NCBI RefSeq assembly: GCF_947568905.1
Contig: NC_079164.1
Location: forward strand, 1,984,001-2,048,000
DNA: 64,000 nucleotides
DNA from: Ostrea edulis
Taxonomy: Eukaryota
Direction: 5' to 3'
The position numbers and the translations under genes were made by a program. The notes beneath the pieces were generated by a model. It was not told where the DNA came from. It searched no databases and saw only the letters and a program-made list of their open reading frames with translations. This document shows, one piece after another, positions 60,226 to 64,000 of the stretch (its first letter is position 1; each line of letters starts with the position of its first letter).

Positions 60226-60624
60226 TAGAATGGTGGAGATTTAGATACGTGTTGTTTATCAACATGATAATCAGAAGACTGTGACCTTGTGTCTGAAGAT
60301 CTGCGATAAAGGCCGCACGTTACAGTACTGCAAATCTAAGTAAGGTTTCACTGATAATGTAAGACTGTACTCTAAATCTACATGTATTTATCTATACATT
60401 GAAACATATACAGAAAACAAACAACATAATGTTCAATCAGACACACATACACAACACGTCAATTATAAGTCACAAACACTGGTGTAATTAACGCAGCTGT
60501 AATCAACATAGGACTGTAATTAACATTTATTACCGTTATCAACACAGAACAGTGTAGATTATGTACTTAACACTGAAGAGATGTGTAATTAACACTGTGT
60601 TGGTAGATGTAATTAACACTGTGT

Positions 60625-62265
60625 TTATAGATTTTGGATTTTCTTCACTTTAGCAGTTCTGCACTCAGCCACAAAGAGGTTGTCTCTGATGTCCACACAT
60701 AAACCGTGAGGGTATTCTAAATCACAGTGAATGTAACGGAGGAACTGTCCGTCCTGATCTAGGATGTGGATATGGTAATTGTCATGGTCTGCTGTCAGGA
60801 TGCGACTCTGGCTGTCTGTAGTGATGCCGCGTGGAGTAAATGATTGCTTGGTATTAGAGGGATGGCCAGTGTATCTAAATCGGAGTTTTCCTGATTGATT
60901 GACCACCACTACTGCATTAGCTTCACAGTCAGCCACACAGATATCCAGGTTCCTGTTCTCACTGATGTATTTATAAACACCAGATGAATAGAGAGGACGA
61001 CCCTGATCATCAAACTGAATGCTTTGTTTTTCTGTGGAGCCAGAGTAACGCACAACTTTGGACTGTGTCCAGTCATCACTGATCATGGTAACCAGGAGAT
61101 CATCAGAGGCGGTACTGCAGACATAGAGAGGGTACCATCCCTGTAGTGTGACCACGGTCTGTATCTGTTTATTTTTTATTAGGTTTATAGTTTTATCATA
61201 GTCAGTATAAACAAGATCTCCGTCCCGTGTCAGTGCTATGTCCTCTGGTGCGTTCCCTGACTTGGTTTTTATTGATGTCAGTAGTTTACCCCGGAGGTTG
61301 AAAAGCTTCATTATTTTGTTTTTACCGCATGTCCAGACTTGTTCTTCACTTAGACACCTAACATTGTATAGATATTGATACTCAGTGTCTATGGTGGTGG
61401 TGACTCCCGGTTCATCAAGCAGTGGTTTGATTGTGCAGCCTTGTTGTTTTGTAATGGACAATAATGACAGTGAACCTACCATTTTATTGAGCTGATCTTT
61501 ATCTATTTTGGAAGGAGAAAAACTCGGTAATGTAACTCGGACTTTAGGAGGTAATTGTCGGAACTCGCCATTCCTAGATTTGTAAGTAGACGTTAGAGAG
61601 ACGTCCTTGGTGTTCAGTATTTTCTTCAGGTCCTCAATGATCTTTCTAAGTTCTGTAATTCTCTGTGTAATTTCATCTGTGTTTTTATCTAGAGCGGCCA
61701 TATGTTTATTTTTCATCTCCTGGATGTCGGATTTTCGCTGGTTGACAATGGCGGTAATCTCCCGGTGTAAGACTTCTCCTTGTTGATCGGCAGCTGTTGT
61801 CAGTTTCCCGTATTTCGTTTGTAACTCAGATTTCTCAGTTTGGACATCGGACGCCATTTCTTCATAACGGGGATAAATTCTGCTCTCTAGTTCCTCTAAA
61901 TCTTTTTGTAAACTCGCCGTACTAGAGTTGAATTTTTCCAGGACATCACATAAATTGTGCCCTCTATGTTTTTTTGAGACACAGGTAGAACAGACAGGAA
62001 CGTCACATTCCTCACAGTAAAGTTTGCTATGTTTGTCGGCGTGTGTCGGACATTTTGAGTAGCTAGGAGTAGACTTTCTGCGTAAAAAGGACACGACATC
62101 GTGTTGTTTAGATGAATCAGAAAGGTGTTCCTCAACACAGGCCTTACATAAGTTTACATTACAAAGTTCACAGTGACTCTGTAGGTCGACAGTTTCACAG
62201 AGGTCACACAGTAGGACGGTCTGGGCACTGCGCTGGGGGTGCAGCATTTCTGGTATATGAGTCAC
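60625..62265 (-). CDS. Second RING-less TRIM-like protein (546 aa), tandem paralog of 53484-55166
   Basis: Same architecture; long identical coiled-coil stretch; linker deletion of about 14 aa; flanking non-coding DNA is also duplicated (~53100-56100 vs ~60250-63570). Confidence 0.88.
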   Translation of the reverse strand: MTHIPEMLHPQRSAQTVLLCDLCETVDLQSHCELCNVNLCKACVEEHLSDSSKQHDVVSFLRRKSTPSYSKCPTHADKHSKLYCEECDVPVCSTCVSKKHRGHNLCDVLEKFNSSTASLQKDLEELESRIYPRYEEMASDVQTEKSELQTKYGKLTTAADQQGEVLHREITAIVNQRKSDIQEMKNKHMAALDKNTDEITQRITELRKIIEDLKKILNTKDVSLTSTYKSRNGEFRQLPPKVRVTLPSFSPSKIDKDQLNKMVGSLSLLSITKQQGCTIKPLLDEPGVTTTIDTEYQYLYNVRCLSEEQVWTCGKNKIMKLFNLRGKLLTSIKTKSGNAPEDIALTRDGDLVYTDYDKTINLIKNKQIQTVVTLQGWYPLYVCSTASDDLLVTMISDDWTQSKVVRYSGSTEKQSIQFDDQGRPLYSSGVYKYISENRNLDICVADCEANAVVVVNQSGKLRFRYTGHPSNTKQSFTPRGITTDSQSRILTADHDNYHIHILDQDGQFLRYIHCDLEYPHGLCVDIRDNLFVAECRTAKVKKIQNL

Positions 62266-62919
62266 ACAAGTTCACTGTCAATAAATACGAGACAAATTTA
62301 ATAAGTTGACAGGTTAAACAATATACAATCTAAGATTGCAACGTGATATTAAAAGTAGTCATTCAATCTAATATTCTTAAATACAATAAAAAAAAAATCA
62401 GTAATACATACCAAAGATACAGCCCCTCCTTCATCTAAACTGCATACATTATGATCAGTGAGAGCAGATCTTTCACATTAATTCTATTTTGATCATTTAA
62501 ACAATTATCTTATTCATTCTTAACAATTTTACAACACTGCAATTTGTCACACCCGTAAATCCAATATGGCCTCCCCGATATTTCGACCTTCCGTCTACAG
62601 ATTTAGTCCTGTCATCTTATTGCGCGGCGTCAGTTTGTATACGCTATCTAGATTTAAAGTTCACAATGACCCAGTATACACACTTGTTTACCTTCAGAGA
62701 GCAAAATTAAACGGTCATACCAATATTCTCGATCTATTCTGAAAGGGGTGGGTGGGTGGGGTAAAGAAACATACACGGATGAATCTTATTTTAAAATTTG
62801 AGACGCATTATATTAAAATGGACCCCTATGTATAATGTCCCTTGCATCCTGTGTAATCACTCAATAGAATGTCTTCATTCATACTGATACAGGTTACGGA
62901 GAAATCGTGAACTATTATG

Positions 62920-63565
62920 TTTTTACAGGTGATAAGGTAAGGATATTCTGCTTTAAGTTTTGACAGGTGATAAGATAAGGATATTCTGCTTTACGTTTTG
63001 ACAGGTGATAAGGTAAGGATATTTTGCTTTACGTATTTACAGGTGTTTAGGTAAGGATATTCTGCTTTACGTTTTTACAGGTAATTAGGTAAGGATATTC
63101 TGCTTTACGTTTTTACAGGTAATTAGGTAAGGATATTCTGCTTTACATTTTTACAGGTGATTAGGTAAAGATATTCTGCTTTACGTTATTACAGCTGATT
63201 AGGTAAGGATATTCTGCTTTACGTTTTTACGGGTGATTAGGTAAGGATATTCTGCTTTACGTTTTTACAGGTGATTAGGTAAGGATATTTTGCTTTACGT
63301 TTTTACAGGTGATTAAGTACGGATATTCTGCTTTACGTATGTAGAGGTGATTAGGTAAGGGTATTCTGCTTTACGTTTTTACATGTGATTAGGTAAGGAT
63401 ATTCTGCTTTACGTTTGTACAGGTGATTAAGTAAGGATATTCTGCTTTACGTTTTTACAGGTGTTTAGGTAAGGATATTTTGCTTTACGTTTTTACAGGT
63501 GATTACGTAAGGCTATTCTGTATTACGTTTTACAGGTGATTGCGTAAGGATATTCTGTTATACAC
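62920..63565. repeat. 39-bp minisatellite, ~16 copies, upstream of TRIM-like gene 2
   Basis: Same unit as 55865-56098 at the paralogous position. Confidence 0.9.
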
Positions 63566-64000
63566 ATGCGCTTTTTCCCGTAGGTAGAACTACGGATACG
63601 AAGTTTCGTTGCCTATATCAGAGACTTTGCTGACAGTGTAACAAACCAGAAACTGTCTTAACGATTTGTATCAGTAAATAACGCTGGTAAATGTGTGAAA
63701 TTTGTGACGTAATATAACAATATGTTTGTTTTTGTTGTAGATTGGGTTGACTGAAACAATGAACATCCAAATATTTTATGTACATACAGGTGTATGATTA
63801 AAATTCTGTTTCATTCGCGTATGCGAGCTCATTGTGTGTTACGTGTTTGAGTTTTATGTTCTCTAGAACTGGTGAATTAGAACACAGATTGAATGATGCT
63901 CGGTTGTTTGTATAATGAAGGTATAGAAACAATGGAGACAGGGGATAAATTACATATTGGCCATTGTTAATTCAAGAACTCTACTTGAAGAAACGTCTAT

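Overview
AT-rich, intron-containing animal genomic DNA, most likely an oyster or another bivalve (inferred from repeat families and gene content; species not determinable). The first 44 kb hold a four-member inhibitor-of-apoptosis (IAP/BIRC-like) cluster. IAP-C (13584-17752, +) and IAP-D (31326-43762, +) splice into intact truncated-BIR / BIR / UBA-like / RING proteins. IAP-A (2649-7070, -) has a 1-nt frameshift, and IAP-B (~9086-9682, -) is a collapsed relic. An intronless DUF229 gene lies tail-to-tail with IAP-C. Two tandemly duplicated, RING-less B-box / coiled-coil / NHL-propeller (TRIM-like) genes occupy the last 11 kb. The rest is dense with nested mobile elements (Penelope-like, tRNA-SINE, Helentron-type, EnSpm/CMC-like, MULE-like, LINE and Gypsy relics) and tandem arrays. 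The most striking observation is in IAP-D: an intronic satellite has captured the 3' splice site of the terminal RING exon and amplified it to 36 tandem copies. The 35 upstream copies read into a stop after 14 codons, and only the last gives the RING. The preceding exon of the same gene also has a duplicated, frame-shifting acceptor. Exon models and alignments were made by eye with no database searches; names IAP-A to IAP-D are mine, and repeat boundaries are approximate unless TSDs are quoted.
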